Of a stretch of 64,000 nucleotides of DNA, positions 27,258 to 40,061 are shown in pieces. The stretch's first letter is position 1, and each line of letters opens with the position of its first letter. The stretch is taken from contig CM052818.1 in the NCBI GenBank assembly GCA_028534125.1, forward strand, positions 46,626,001-46,690,000, read 5' to 3'. This DNA comes from Lama glama (lineage: Eukaryota). The notes under the pieces are model-generated. The model worked only from the letters and a program-made list of their open reading frames with translations. It made no database searches and had not been told where the DNA came from. The translations under genes were made by a program, and so were the position numbers.

Positions 27258-29174
27258 GTGTGTGTGACTACAGTGCTGCTGTTATCTTTGAGTACAGTTG
27301 GTCTTGTATGTTGGCTGATTATACTGTCATTTTTCCAGCTTTCCTGTGGAGATGAACGTACAAGCCTCATGTAGTTAGTGGCTGCCTGTATTGTTAAGTT
27401 TCACCGCCATTATGATGGAATTTCTGTACTAATGTCAAATTAGGTTTAAATAGAAGTAAACCAGAAAGAAGCTCATGATTTTTAGATACACCTCCCTTAC
27501 TAGCGTCTAAATACATTTAATCCTAAAATACCTAGTTTATGGTGCTGAGACAGTTGGTGGCACTTAGAGTATATGTGGCTTATTTTCTTTCATATTCTCT
27601 CTCTGCTTTGTTTTCTTCATCTGTATTTTGTTCTTCTATTCCTGTTGGTTTGTCTTTCTTCTCCCTTTTCCCCATTCTGCTTGCCCTTCCCGGGACCACT
27701 TGGTGGTGCCTGTGGACTTTGATTAAGGCAGTCATAGCTCACAGAGCTGTAAAGGGCATTAATTTTAGATGAAAGCTTCCCTAAAGTTATGAGTTTATCC
27801 AGTATGTCAAGAGATTCAAAAGAATCTGTACTTAGCCCATTTTGTTGTTGGACAGTCTACATTTCTGCTCAGTTTTTTCCTTTTATTTAGCTTATATCCA
27901 AATCAACTTTTGAATCAAACTAATAAATACTATGCCAAGTGCTATGAGAGTCCTAACATGGGTCCCTTGCCTGTAAGAAACATATATTTTAGTTAGGAAA
28001 GTTTAGTTTGTTTTGTTTATGTTTATTCTTATGTTCTTACATAAACATAAAGAGTGATGCTGCTTTTGATGTAAGGTAGTGTATAATTGACCACCCAATG
28101 GCAGAGTCTTGAGGGGGGAGAGTGGGCGCTGAGGACAGCTTTTGAGGGAAGGTAGAATTTGAACCAAGTTTGAAAGATGGGTTGGATTTAGATAGGAGAA
28201 GAAAGGAAGGCTGGGTGTTTCCGGCAAGGATGGTGGAGTGATGGGATGAGAAAATTCAGGAAAATGGGAAAGTGAAGGACTGCACTCCTTAGCTGGTGAA
28301 TAAATCAGGTTGTCAGTGGGATGGCGGGGATGGGAGAATGGAAATAGAAAGAGATGTAGGGCCAGTGAGGTTTGAGTGCCAAGCTTAGAAAGTTCGGAAG
28401 CTAGTGTACAGTTTTGAGAAGGGAACACCACTGGGGAAATCTTGGTATAGGAAACTTCATGTGGCTGCAGCACAACGTTGTTCATGATCTTTTAAGATAA
28501 TATATTTTCCTAAAAGTCAGTGACTGGATCACCTGTTTAGACTTTAACCTAACTCGTTGCTGTCGGTCAATTCTCTTTTCCTACATTTTAGTCAGTTTAT
28601 TGTTCTCGAGCTCTGCTTTCAAAGTCCATATGAATCTATTTTTGGTTTTCGAACTAGATAGGATTTTAAAGGATCTGATGAAGATCAGTACATGGGTGCA
28701 AAATGGAGAATTAAAAAGCTAAAAATAATCAAAGCGATTCACCTTGTGTTGGTGTAGTACATTCTCATGCATTAGTTTTTGAAAAGACTGGACAGAGAAG
28801 AAGCCAAAAGCCAAGGGTCAGAATATGTACATGACTTATCAAAGGATATAGAGCTCAGGTAGTGACGGCTTCCAACACAGGGCAAGGTCCTGAAATCTGA
28901 TCGAATTCCAAAGTATACTTTACCTTACCAACTATTGGAGTTGCTGCTTTCCAAGTCAAGTAACTGAAAGTTTTCCTAGGCCTCTTTTGTTAAGAATTTC
29001 TCACAAGTAAATGCAAGATACAATAAGGATTAAAACTCTTTTCCACCATACTGCTTGTTGGTAAGATCTATTAATGCATTCTGACAGAATTGTTAATAAT
29101 GATGACATTTACCAACAATAGTTTTTAAGATTATGTCTTGTCTGAAGTAATTGTTGATTTTTTTTATTTCCTAG

Positions 29175-29273
29175 GACAATAAAACTGCTTTGTACTGGGC
29201 TGTTGAGAAAGGAAATGCAACAATGGTGAGAGACATCTTACAGTGCAATCCAGACACTGAGATATGCACAAAG
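29175..29273 (+). CDS. KIDINS220: KIDINS220 exon 10, ankyrin repeat [33 protein letters not shown]
   Basis: 99 nt, phase 0/0, tcctag|...|gtacgg. Confidence 0.97.
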
Positions 29274-30558
29274 GTACGGATGACATTCTTTTCTCTTAGC
29301 GATGCCTAGTGCTGAGTATTGGTACTGCTTTTTTTTTTTTCAGTTTTCACAATTGTTTGATATTAAAATTATCTTGATTTTACTGGTAAAATTCTGTGTT
29401 AAACTGAGGAGTAATTTTGTATCCTCTTAGGAGTTAAGCATTCACAGCAGCAGAATACGGTGTACAGTTGTTACTTTAATTAAATTCTTTCAGAAAGTAC
29501 GGTATCAGCTATTCAGAAATTGTGGGCAGGTCATTTCCTCAGAATTATTTTATGCTCCTGTTGTTTGGAATGCAGAGCACATTTCCTTCTAAAAGGTCTT
29601 TGTGAGTGGTTATTGGTTCCCCAAACTGACCACTTTAGTCTGTTTTACTCAAATCATGTGAAAAGTATAAAACTGTTTACGACTTCGGTGATTGCATTTG
29701 GCCTTATGTGTAATAGTTTTCCATGGGAAAAATACATTTGAAATTCTGGCTTGAAATGGGAGGATTTCTTAATGAATAAAGCATACTTACAGAATCACCT
29801 ATAAGACAGTCCCGTTTTATATGCTGGGGATTGGAGCAGCATCTTCTAAACCAGTAGCGGTGCCCTGAGTGCCCTAGGGCGGAGCGTTTCCTGGGATGCC
29901 TTCAGGTTTGCACGTGGTGGCTCCTTGGTAATCTAGTTTCTTTTTCTTTTGGACCTATGTGTCGGCTACTGTGGCCGCATGTGGCTTCTGACCAAATTTT
30001 GCTCTTTAAAGCAGAACTATGATCTCTTCTTATTTCTCTTAATTTGATTTTGAAAGCAGTTATGAACTCCTTTGAGGTTTCCGAAGGCATACTGCTTGTA
30101 TCAAATTGTTTACCCTCTTATACTCAGGTCTTCAGGTGCACGGAGGTGCTGGTATAAACATCGGAAAATCTAGATGCTGGGTGCCTGGACACTGACAGGC
30201 TGGGTGGTGGTTGGTGGTGGGGAGATGGTGAGAAGGGGACGGAGCTCTGGAGGAGCTGCCCCAGGTGTCAGCGGGGGGACTTGGGGAATGGCAGGAGCAG
30301 CGAGCTCAGGGCGGAAACAGCTGATGAGCAGCGGGGCACATCCCTTGCCAGCCTGAGTGATGTAAGGGTATTTTGATACAAATATTGGTTGTGAAAGGAA
30401 AAGCACATTCTTGTTAGTTTTTACAACTCTGTTTTGTTGAGAATATTTTCAGTACAGACTGGTCAGATGCTTGAATTCTTGACATGTGTGTTTATGTGAC
30501 TTTAGACATTTAGGAGTAAAGGTATTAATCTGGCAAACATTCTTATCTGTGTGCACAG

Positions 30559-30657
30559 GATGGTGAAACACCTCTTATAAAGGCTACCAAGATGAGAAAT
30601 ATTGAAGTAGTCGAGCTGCTGCTCGATAAAGGGGCCAAAGTGTCTGCTGTGGACAAG
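30559..30657 (+). CDS. KIDINS220: KIDINS220 exon 11, ankyrin repeat [33 protein letters not shown]
   Basis: 99 nt, phase 0/0, gcacag|...|gtaaga. Confidence 0.97.
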
Positions 30658-33486
30658 GTAAGACCCCCGTGCGGCGAGCAGGATGCTTTGGCGGAGGGCT
30701 GTGGTGGGCTGACCTGTACGTTTGGTGGACTTAACGGGCGTCTGATTGTCTTTTGTGGAGAGAGAGATTACTTGCCGGGGATTTCTGGGTGGGATTTTGA
30801 TGCTGTGTTATCCTCTTGGCTGTCCTGATAGCATCTGAGGGGTGGGCGGGCTCAGTTTGCTATTAAAGAAGCTGCGGCATGTGCTCCTTCTCCAGCTCAT
30901 ACCGGTGCCGCCGCTGGGCCCGCCATGCAGGGAGGGTGTCGTCAGCTGCAGACCTTGTTGCAGGCAAACAGGAGGGAGGAGTCCAGAGGGGCTGGAGGTG
31001 GGAGGCTCTCCAAGCAGGTTGGCACTAACGCTCACTAACAGGAGCGGAGGTGTCCTGCCAGACGTCCTTGCCGTGATCATCTTAGAGAAATATTCACATT
31101 TTCCATAATAAATTTGACTCTAAATTGCTTACTTCATACAGAATTGATTCCTGGTTTTAGTTTGTTTTCATTTTAAGCAGAGTTCTTTCTCTGCTTCAAA
31201 TTGATTTCCTCTCAGAAGAAAGGTGAATTGATTTATCTATGAACTAAGAAACATTATAGATTTTTCCCTCTAAATGTACAGCTAGATATAGAATATGATT
31301 TGAATAATCTATAATAGGTTGAAGTTTATCTTTCTATTATTCATGAGACAGTTAAACAAAAACTGCAGAATTAATATTTATTTGCTTTTTATTTTATCAA
31401 GCAACAGTATTTTAAAAAATACCATAAATACCTCCCATCATTACCTTATTAATTAATATTTATTAATTAATACTATAGTATAATAAATATTATTTATTAA
31501 TCAGGCAATGATTATTTTCATATAAAAGAAAGAAAATATAAAGAAAAATTTTAATATTAAAAAATTAGAAAGGCCATAAAGTCAAAGAGAAGTTTTTGAA
31601 ATGGAATGTATTTAACTTTCAAGAAAACTTTCTGTTTTTCTCATTCTGCTGTTGACTGATTTTTGGCACTGGTCCCCTAATTTGCAGCAAGGAACCACTG
31701 GACTAGGTGCCCTTTAAGGTTCTAATGGCCTTGTTAATTCTGTAGCATGCCATTTATAAATAACTGTTTCATAATCATTAAGTTCCCTGAAGGACTCTCT
31801 CTTGGAATCGTGTTGTATATTGCTTTGCCCTGAGTCAGCACATACTTGCTGATAAGCACTCGTGTTACTCAGAATGTTCTTGGAATGAATGTTCATTCAT
31901 TCATACATATTTGCTAAGGATGGGTACGGTGCTGCTTGCTAGAATTTGGAATACCAACTTGTAAAAGTCTTGAACCTGTCTCTTCATAGAGGATTTCATT
32001 AAAAAAAATTTAAGAGCAAAGATTAATGTTATTTTTACCTAGCCCAAGCCAATCACTGAGCTCTGTGTATCTTCAAAGTGATGGCAGGGTATGTTAATGT
32101 CTTTTCTGCATTTTCAGAAATTTTGTGTCTGGCTGACATACCACTGATGATATTTCTGCCTTCTCGCAGGTTTGGGGATAAGGAATGGGATTCAGGTGGA
32201 GAAATAAGATGATGAAATTCAGTTTAGATGTATTTAGTTTGTTATCAGACATTCAGAAGGCTGTGGCCAACAGGCCTTGGGAATAGAATCTGGGCAGGAA
32301 ATCAAGGCTGCTGATAGGAATTTTGCAGTTGGTTACCAAGAGCAAGAGATAAGAGCCACGTGGATGTGACTAAGGTAATCAGTTTGAAAGAAAGATGAAA
32401 GCTGAGGTCAAACTTTATTTATGACGTCTGTCACATTCTGGTTTGTTTTATAATTGTGCATATTTATCCAGTCTTTCCAAATTCAGTTGTCACCGAGTTA
32501 GTCATGGACTGTTTTGTCTGTCTTCTTTATATCCCCTGAACTATCCAGCACAATGCCTTCCATATAGTGAGTTCGGTACAGAGTTATTGTGCCATATTTA
32601 GGATGTAGGGAGAGAATCTAGAAGAGGAAGAAGTAGACCTGAGGCAGAAAAGGAAAGTCAGAGTCAAGATAAGGTCGTGCTGTGGAATCTGCAGGAAGAG
32701 CTGTGCACATCATTCCCATTTAGTGTTCTGGAGAGAGCAGGGTGGGCAAGAACCGAGCATTTAATTTGTTAACTTTTGGGCCATTGTCTTTAAGAGCGGT
32801 GTTTATGAAGTAGAGTGGGAGAGCACTTTGCAGGCTGAATTTTTTTTAATGTTAATTATCATTCATGGATGTGAATACCAATGTGATTGGAGGTCCTAAT
32901 AAGGGAGGAAGGGAGGCTAATGTTAAGGAGAGGTGAGAGCTGACCAGGGAAGAGGTTGTAATAGCCAGAGAAGGATGGATACAACGTAAAGGCCTCCAAG
33001 GGAGGGAGTCTGCAGATGGAGCATCGTGGTGATAGAGGGCGTGGGGAGAGGCAAGAGGGCTCGTGCTAGTGGCACGTCAGCGTGGGTTGAGAAGCTTTCT
33101 AGACAAATGGAGAAAAACATTGTGAAGTAGAATATAAATTAGTTGAGGAAGGTGGTTGACATCTGTGGACAGAAGTATTTGGATGATGGACGGGATGGAA
33201 ATAGATCCAGGGCCTGGGAGGAGCCACAAGGAAAAAGCCTGTGGCTTGTCCTCTTTCAGTCTAGAGGGCTGTGTGGCAAAGAGTGCCTGGGAAAAGCTAG
33301 GGAGGGAGCTAGAGAGAGACATTGCAGGGGAGGTGGAGATGAAAACTCGTATTATCTGTGCATTTTTAATGAAAAATATGAAAAGTTCAGATTTTCTGTT
33401 ATTTTATAGAAACATGAAAGTTGTTACTCTGTATATACTGTATGTAAAAAATGTGGAAGTTCAAGTTTCCTGGCGCTGTTTTACAG

Positions 33487-33664
33487 AAAGGAGACACCCC
33501 TTTGCATATTGCTATTCGTGGGAGGAGTCGGAAACTGGCAGAACTTCTTTTAAGAAACCCCAAAGATGGACGGTTACTTTACAGGCCCAACAAAGCAGGC
33601 GAGACCCCCTACAACATTGACTGTAGCCATCAGAAAAGTATTTTAACTCAAATATTTGGAGCCA
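33487..33664 (+). CDS. KIDINS220: KIDINS220 exon 12, last ankyrin repeat and linker [21 protein letters not shown]...TQIFGA
   Basis: 178 nt, phase 0/1, ttacag|...|gtaagt. Confidence 0.97.
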
Positions 33665-33889
33665 GTAAGTATTGGGTTTTGTCCCTGACTAGCTGTTAAG
33701 AAATGAATGTCTATGAAAAAACTAAGAGACCAACAGCACTTTTACATTTATCACTTACCTGGAGATGTTTAAAGCTGAGAATGTTGTTGTTTTACTGTAG
33801 ACAAGTAGTTTCTCCTTGTCTAAAGCTCTTTTGCATTGTATTGTAGCATTCTAAAAATTTTTTAAAAACTGATTTTGTGTCTTTATATA

Positions 33890-34625
33890 TTAAGGATATT
33901 GATCCTGGATCCAGCCTGTGTATTGTGTCTCACTTCCCAGCTTATTGTTTGTTTAAGGTGATGGTTTTTAATTCCCCATCCAAAATTATGTAAATTTGTA
34001 GTTTATGTGTTGATCTTCTCCTGCAGTTCTGGCTTTAGTATTATATTAAGAAAGAAAGGCCTTTTCCACACAAAGGTTTTAAAAGTTTTTTCTCTTATGT
34101 TTTCTTCTAGTACCTTTATAGTTTTAAACTTTTTACATTTAATTTTTTTAATGTTTCAGAAATTATTTTTGTTAAAGTATGAGGTGTAGAGTTTTATTTA
34201 TTTAAAAAAAAAAAACTGAATGGCTGACTTCTCCCAAACCACTTACTAATTCATCCTTTCCCCGCTGACTTGAGAAGCCACTTGTGTTACTGTCCTGTGT
34301 GAGCCCTGTGATGTTCTAGTTATTGTACCTTTAGGATGTATTTTGATTCTTCTCCAAAGACTTTTTGGTAGTCTTTGAATTTTTTTTTTCATAGCTATTC
34401 TTACATGTTCTTCTTGCTTTTCAATTTTTAAAAATATTCTCATGGGTTTTTATTGGAATTGCCTTAAAGTGCTAGATTAATTTGGGGAGAATTGCTGTCA
34501 TTAAGTCATTGAACCTTTCTGCCTAGAACCATAGAATTGTCTGTTTTCTCTGCTTATCTGCTGTATTCTTCACTAACATTGTACAGCCTTCTTTATGTAG
34601 GTATTATGCATATTAAATTGATTCC
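33890..34625 (-). mobile_element. Old L1M ORF2 remnant
   Basis: T-rich antisense L1 phrases such as TTTTCTTCTAGTACCTTTATAG and TAGATTAATTTGGGGAGAATTG. Confidence 0.7.
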
Positions 34626-34648
34626 TATGGGCTAGTTTCTGTTTTAAT

Positions 34649-34834
34649 CATTTTCCAGATTCTAAAATGTACCTTATTCCACATTTCAACATCTCTGAAA
34701 TTGGAATGTGTCTTATAATTGATGGATAAGAAAACATTGTATCACAATTTGGTGGCTTTTTTTTTCTTTCTTAGCTGTACGTAATAATGATGCATCTTAC
34801 AGTTAGTAGGTATCTTAAGTTCTATGAAATATGG
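34649..34834. mobile_element. MER104-like DNA transposon MITE (TcMar-Tc2)
   Basis: CACATTTCAACATCTCTGAAATTGGAATGTGTCTTATAATTGATGG ... TCTTAAGTTCTATGAAATATGG resembles the MER104 consensus as I recall it; degenerate terminal inverted repeats. Confidence 0.75.
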
Positions 34835-34987
34835 TATTGAGAATCTCTGAACCTATTTTTACACAGGTCTGACCATTTAAAATGTGTTTTTTCTCTCATT
34901 AAATAAGCAATTAATAAATGAGGGTTGATGTTCCTTTCTGGTAGTGATGTCTTTTCACCGTAAGGGATGGTGTGCTTGCACTCACAG

Positions 34988-35152
34988 GACACCTGTCCCC
35001 CACCGAGACCGGCGGGGACGTGCTGGGCTACGATCTGTACAGCAGCGCCCTGGCAGACATCCTCAGCGAGCCCACCATGCAGCCGCCCATCTGCGTGGGG
35101 CTGTACGCGCAGTGGGGGAGCGGGAAGTCCTTCTTACTCAAGAAACTGGAAG
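34988..35152 (+). CDS. KIDINS220: KIDINS220 exon 13, start of the KAP P-loop NTPase with Walker A ([11 protein letters not shown])
   Basis: 165 nt, phase 1/1, tcacag|...|gtaaag; reads [54 protein letters not shown]. Confidence 0.97.
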
Positions 35153-35923
35153 GTAAAGGGTGTGTTTGTAAAATGTCTATGTATATAACAAGGTTCTCTC
35201 TTGTGAATCTTTTTTTTTAAGTAAAGAAAAATTGTTTTATATTTGGGAATGTAGTTGATCCCCCACATAGTCATTTGAGTTCTCTTTCTAACACAAAGAT
35301 CCCCTGAGTGGCTCCGTCTGCGAGGAGCTTCCTGGATAGCACCCCACCCCCATCCTCCCTCCTAATAATCTCACCTTTTGCTTGGCAAAATCATACCCAT
35401 TCTTCAAGGACACGTTTCAGTATGGCTTGTAAAACTTTTGCTAAGGTTTGTAGTAAGAATGACTTGTTTAGGGCTCGTTTGGGCTCAACACGTATCTTTA
35501 AGAGCAATGATCCTCAAATGTAATTGTTGGGAGAAGGGGTGAGGAGGAGCAGTAGTTTGAAGACATGTAGCAAAGTAATAATTTTTAGTTTTATATATGG
35601 AAACAGTACCTTGTTGAGTGTAAAATGCAAAGCACAAAAATATCAACAAAATCTTGACCGATGGGAATACATGAAAAAGGACTTTCTGCACCTTCAGCAT
35701 GAAGCAAGAGAGTGGGTGAGACAAGGGTCCGGGTAGATGCGCCCCTAGGGAGTGAGTCTTATCAGAAGAGAACTGTGGTTAAAATGGTTAAGTAGCAACA
35801 TTCTATCTCGGGACTTAGTAAGTGCCTAGTAAATGTCTGTATTGAAAAGGTGAAATTTTCAAATTGTTTGAATTTGTATTTCTTGAAACAGAAATAATGT
35901 TTTCATATTCATTTCTCTTTCAG

Positions 35924-36103
35924 ATGAAATGAAAACTTTTGCAGGACAACAGATTGAACCTCTTTTCCAGTTCTCATGGCTGATAGTGTTTCTGACCCTG
36001 CTGCTTTGTGGAGGGCTTGGTTTATTGTTTGCTTTTATGGTGGACCCAAATCTTGGAATAGCGGTGTCATTGAGCTTCTTGGCTGTCTTATATATATTTT
36101 TTA
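35924..36103 (+). CDS. KIDINS220: KIDINS220 exon 14, transmembrane helices 1-2
   Basis: 180 nt, phase 1/1, tttcag|...|gtaagt; two hydrophobic segments in [37 protein letters not shown]...LYIFF. Confidence 0.97.
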
Positions 36104-36885
36104 GTAAGTCTTTGCCTCTTACCATTTTCAAAGATATAGAGAATGTCAAAACTCACTGTTTTACATAAAGTTTTGTCTGTATCTCCTGAAGTCTGTAAGT
36201 GGTTTTCATAATTAGGTGAGAAAATAGATCTTTTTGCTATTTTTAAGTTGACCTAGAGAGACATTGTCCCCAGCGTGGCTGGAATAGCTTTGAAAACCAG
36301 TGCACTACTTGTTAATATTGAAGCAGAACTCTTATTTTATTTTCCTTTTTATATGTTAATCAATGATTTATATATAATTCTTCTTTGAAAATAAGTCTTC
36401 ATGGCCATCACGGCATGCTCTTGAGCATCTTGATCATGACCGTAATTTTTATTTTATTTAAAAGCAAAGTAGAAAATATATATAATTCCCATTCCTGGGA
36501 GTGTCTTCAGTTGCAGGAAAGGAAATAGGTTTAATGTTGGAGGAACTGGTAGCTTCAACACTGACAAAGAGTGATACGCCCAAAGTCATTTACATTTGAA
36601 TCTGAACTGCTTTGTTTCTGTTTAAGGCATTATCCTCCTGATTGTGTTCCTTATGTCGTATTTTAATCAGTTTACTTTCCGTTTTTCACATACATCATGT
36701 ATGTTGTGGGAGGTTAGGTAATTGAGGAATTCTTGGAGGCGTGGTTAGGGAGCAGCATCGGACCATGAAAGTTTATGCAAGCCTCCCTGTCACTACTTGA
36801 TACTTGACTCTTTGGAGAAAAAAAGGCTCCTTGACTAATGATTGTTCTGGATAATTTTTTTTTTTTTTGAAACCGTGAATTTTAG

Positions 36886-37051
36886 TTGTCATTTACTTCG
36901 GTGGACGAAGAGAAGGAGAGAGTTGGAATTGGGCGTGGGTCCTCAGTACTAGGTTGGCAAGACATATTGGCTATTTGGAGCTCCTCCTCAAGCTGATGTT
37001 CGTGAACCCACCCGAACTGCCGGAGCAGACCACTAAAGCTTTACCTGTGAG
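36886..37051 (+). CDS. KIDINS220: KIDINS220 exon 15, [54 protein letters not shown]
   Basis: 166 nt, phase 1/2, ttttag|...|gtgagc. Confidence 0.97.
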
Positions 37052-38721
37052 GTGAGCTGGTTCCTTGACAGAAGTAACTTTTAATAAGATGAAGCAAATT
37101 AAAGTTTATAATGCATCATTTCTCAATGTATGTTCCAAAAAACATTGGTCCCTTGACCTTTTCAATGTGAGAAATAAAACAAACATGCTCTGGTCAAATA
37201 CGTTTGGGAAACACTTCATATTATATCTCCCTTTTGTACAGCAAAGGATCAGAGACACCTTTCCATAACGAAATCTATTTAACTTTGATTTACCAAATTT
37301 TATTTGAGCATAGACCCCTTTTCCCCGACTAGGACTCCTGTTACCATCCTTTGGACAAATTTGAAAAAAGCCCTGGGTCTAGGATGGAGTCCTGGCACCT
37401 CTTTACATCAGGTGCAACCTTGGCAGCTTAGCTCGTGCTCTGAGCTGCTCTTTCCTCATCTGTGGAAATGTATTTACTCTTTCATCTAAAGTTGTTAATA
37501 ATATCAGATAGAAAATGTATGAGATGACTGGGACATTGTCCTGTACATGAGAAATTGGCACAGTGTAACTGACTGTACTTCAATTTTAAAAAAAGAAAAT
37601 ATCAGGAAATATGAGAAACATGTAAGTCAAGGAATAAAGGAGGTAGAAGGCTCCAGAGGAAAGTAAAATGAAAAAAAAAAAGGTTAGAGAACGGAAAGCA
37701 AAAGGAGTTCAAAAGAAATTAGTAAAATAAATATGCACCAAAAGATTCATAATTTAAAAATTATTCTAAGATAAAATATGTGTAAGTTAAGCTGAAAATA
37801 AATGGGCCAAACCAGATAAAACATCAAAATTATAAGAAAGATAAAAGCATACAAGTAGTTGGCATATAGGATTAAGAAAAGGATTTAAAATGAGCAGTTA
37901 AAATGAAAAAGGTAAAAAGAAAACACATAGAGTAGACGAACAAAATTGGGAGGAATAGTTACACAGGAAATAAAACATTTTAAATTAATGAGTTAGTATT
38001 TTTAAAAAAGTTATATAACAGTTAAAACGGCATTAATCAAGACCACACATATATATAGTACAACGTGATCCTCTGTTGTATTTTGAAAGTGATGCCTGTC
38101 TGCTGGATTGAGATGAGAGTTTAAGGATAAAAGGGAAGGAAGGAACTAATGCAGAGATAATATCCATTCAGAGACTCAGAATACAGATTGTTCAGTTATT
38201 TCACAGAACTGTGAAAAAGAATATTTGACAAATTATTTCTAAATCTCTGGAAGATATTTAAACTGTAAGTCAGACATTCTAAAGCCTGAGTTTGTAAATG
38301 GCATTCAGTTCTTAATTACTCTATTTTCTCAAGGTTCTAATCTCTTCAGTTGGCGCTTAGAAAACTTTCTTTGTGCAGCTCTTTTTGGCTGATATGGGCG
38401 CCACCTTTTGATCATTGCTCCATAAGATGTCTGATTCCTTGTCTAAGCTCTGTCATAACCTTTTTCCCTTTCTGCTTTTAGTCAGAATTGCTTCATATTA
38501 CTCTGCTACATTTTGTTGCTGTCTTTTCTTAGGAAAAGTGTGTGAGATGTTAGAGATGAAAGATACCTAATTACAGGTTGTTTTCTCTCCTCTTAGAATT
38601 GTAAAACCAGTATCTTGAAAGTGACTTGAAGAAAATACAGGATAAATGATACAGAGATACCATATGTGGGGAATCTTTTATTTGGCTCTCTGAGTAACAT
38701 TTTATTTCCCCTTTCTCCAAG

Positions 38722-38873
38722 GTTTTTGTTTACAGATTATAACAGGTTGTCCAGTGTGGGTGGAGAAACATCACTGGCCGAAATGATTGCAACCCTCTCG
38801 GATGCTTGTGAAAGAGAGTTTGGCTTTCTGGCAACCAGGCTTTTTCGAGTTTTCAAGACTGAAGATACGCAGG
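38722..38873 (+). CDS. KIDINS220: KIDINS220 exon 16, [50 protein letters not shown]
   Basis: 152 nt, phase 2/1, tccaag|...|gtaggg. Confidence 0.97.
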
Positions 38874-38892
38874 GTAGGGCTTCCTTCTTCTC

Positions 38893-38908
38893 TGTGTGTG
38901 TGTGTGTG
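38893..38908. repeat. (TG)8 microsatellite in intron 16
   Basis: Read directly from the sequence. Confidence 0.95.
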
Positions 38909-39048
38909 TAGGGCTGAGGATGGGATGAATGAAAGGCGTGAAAACACGAACTGAGCATCAGGTTTGTCATGTGCTGTCACTGTAATGACTGGGATTTTCT
39001 AGATGGTTGATATGTAAATAATTGTTCAAACCATTTGTTGTATTACAG

Positions 39049-39338
39049 GTAAAAAGAAATGGAAAAAAACGTGCTGCCTCCCGTCTTTTGTCATCTTCCT
39101 CTTTATCTTTGGCTGCATTATTGCCGGAATTACTCTTCTGGCTATCTTCAGAGTCGACCCGAAACACCTGACAGTGAACGCTGTCCTCATATCAGTTGCG
39201 TCTGTAGTGGGGTTGGCCTTTGTGCTGAATTGTCGTACGTGGTGGCAGGTGCTGGACTCTCTCCTGAATTCTCAAAGGAAACGCCTCCATAATGCTGCCT
39301 CCAAACTGCACAAGTTGAAAAGTGAAGGATTCATGAAA
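39049..39338 (+). CDS. KIDINS220: KIDINS220 exon 17, transmembrane helices 3-4 ([21 protein letters not shown]...KSEGFMK)
   Basis: 290 nt, phase 1/0, ttacag|...|gtaagc. Confidence 0.97.
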
Positions 39339-40061
39339 GTAAGCGCTCCCTGGTTGTTAGAGGTGATGTTAACGTGAATATGCCGCCACGGCCGTGCTCC
39401 CTGGGACTTAGGGAATGCACTCTCTAAATGTTAGAGTGTTGCGTTTGTTTTTAGTTTCATTCCAGATTTTTTTTTCCTGTGAAAAATGCATATATGAAGT
39501 GGAAAAGTTATAACAATAACATGTTTTTATAAAACAGACTTTTGTACGATACTCAGAGGAGCTGGCAGATTACTCCAGAGGTGGACCTAATAGTACAGGA
39601 TCCTCCAGCGCCCAGTAGCAGCCTGAACCACCAACACACACTAAGATAGGATCATACTTTTAGAACGAAAAAGGGCTTTATACAATATCTGCAGCCCCGT
39701 CCTTTGGTCAAGGTCACGTGCCACCAGGGAGCCGGCTGTAGTGTGGTGTTTAGATCCTGTGGATTTGCATTCAGATCTGTCTTCTGACATTCAGAGCATG
39801 TGATCTTGCCACGTAAGTCACTCAACCAAGTTTGTCCTTTTAAAATGGACATGACAGTGCCTACCTCATGGTAAGGGTGGAAAGCTCTAATTTAGTGAAG
39901 TCACTTTGTAGGTTGTGATCACCAGTTTTAAGTGGACCCACAGCTGACAGCGAGGACCTTAGATTTCTTTCCTTCCTGTTAGGTCGCGTTCTCTCAGGCT
40001 TTAAGGAACTGTGCCCATCTCTCCCCTGTCTTCAGCCCTGCCTGCCCTTTCTTTTGCACAG

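Noticed and set aside
28003..28485. 160-aa minus-strand ORF
   Set aside because: Pro/Ser/Leu-rich reading of purine-rich, L2-like sequence; no coding features.
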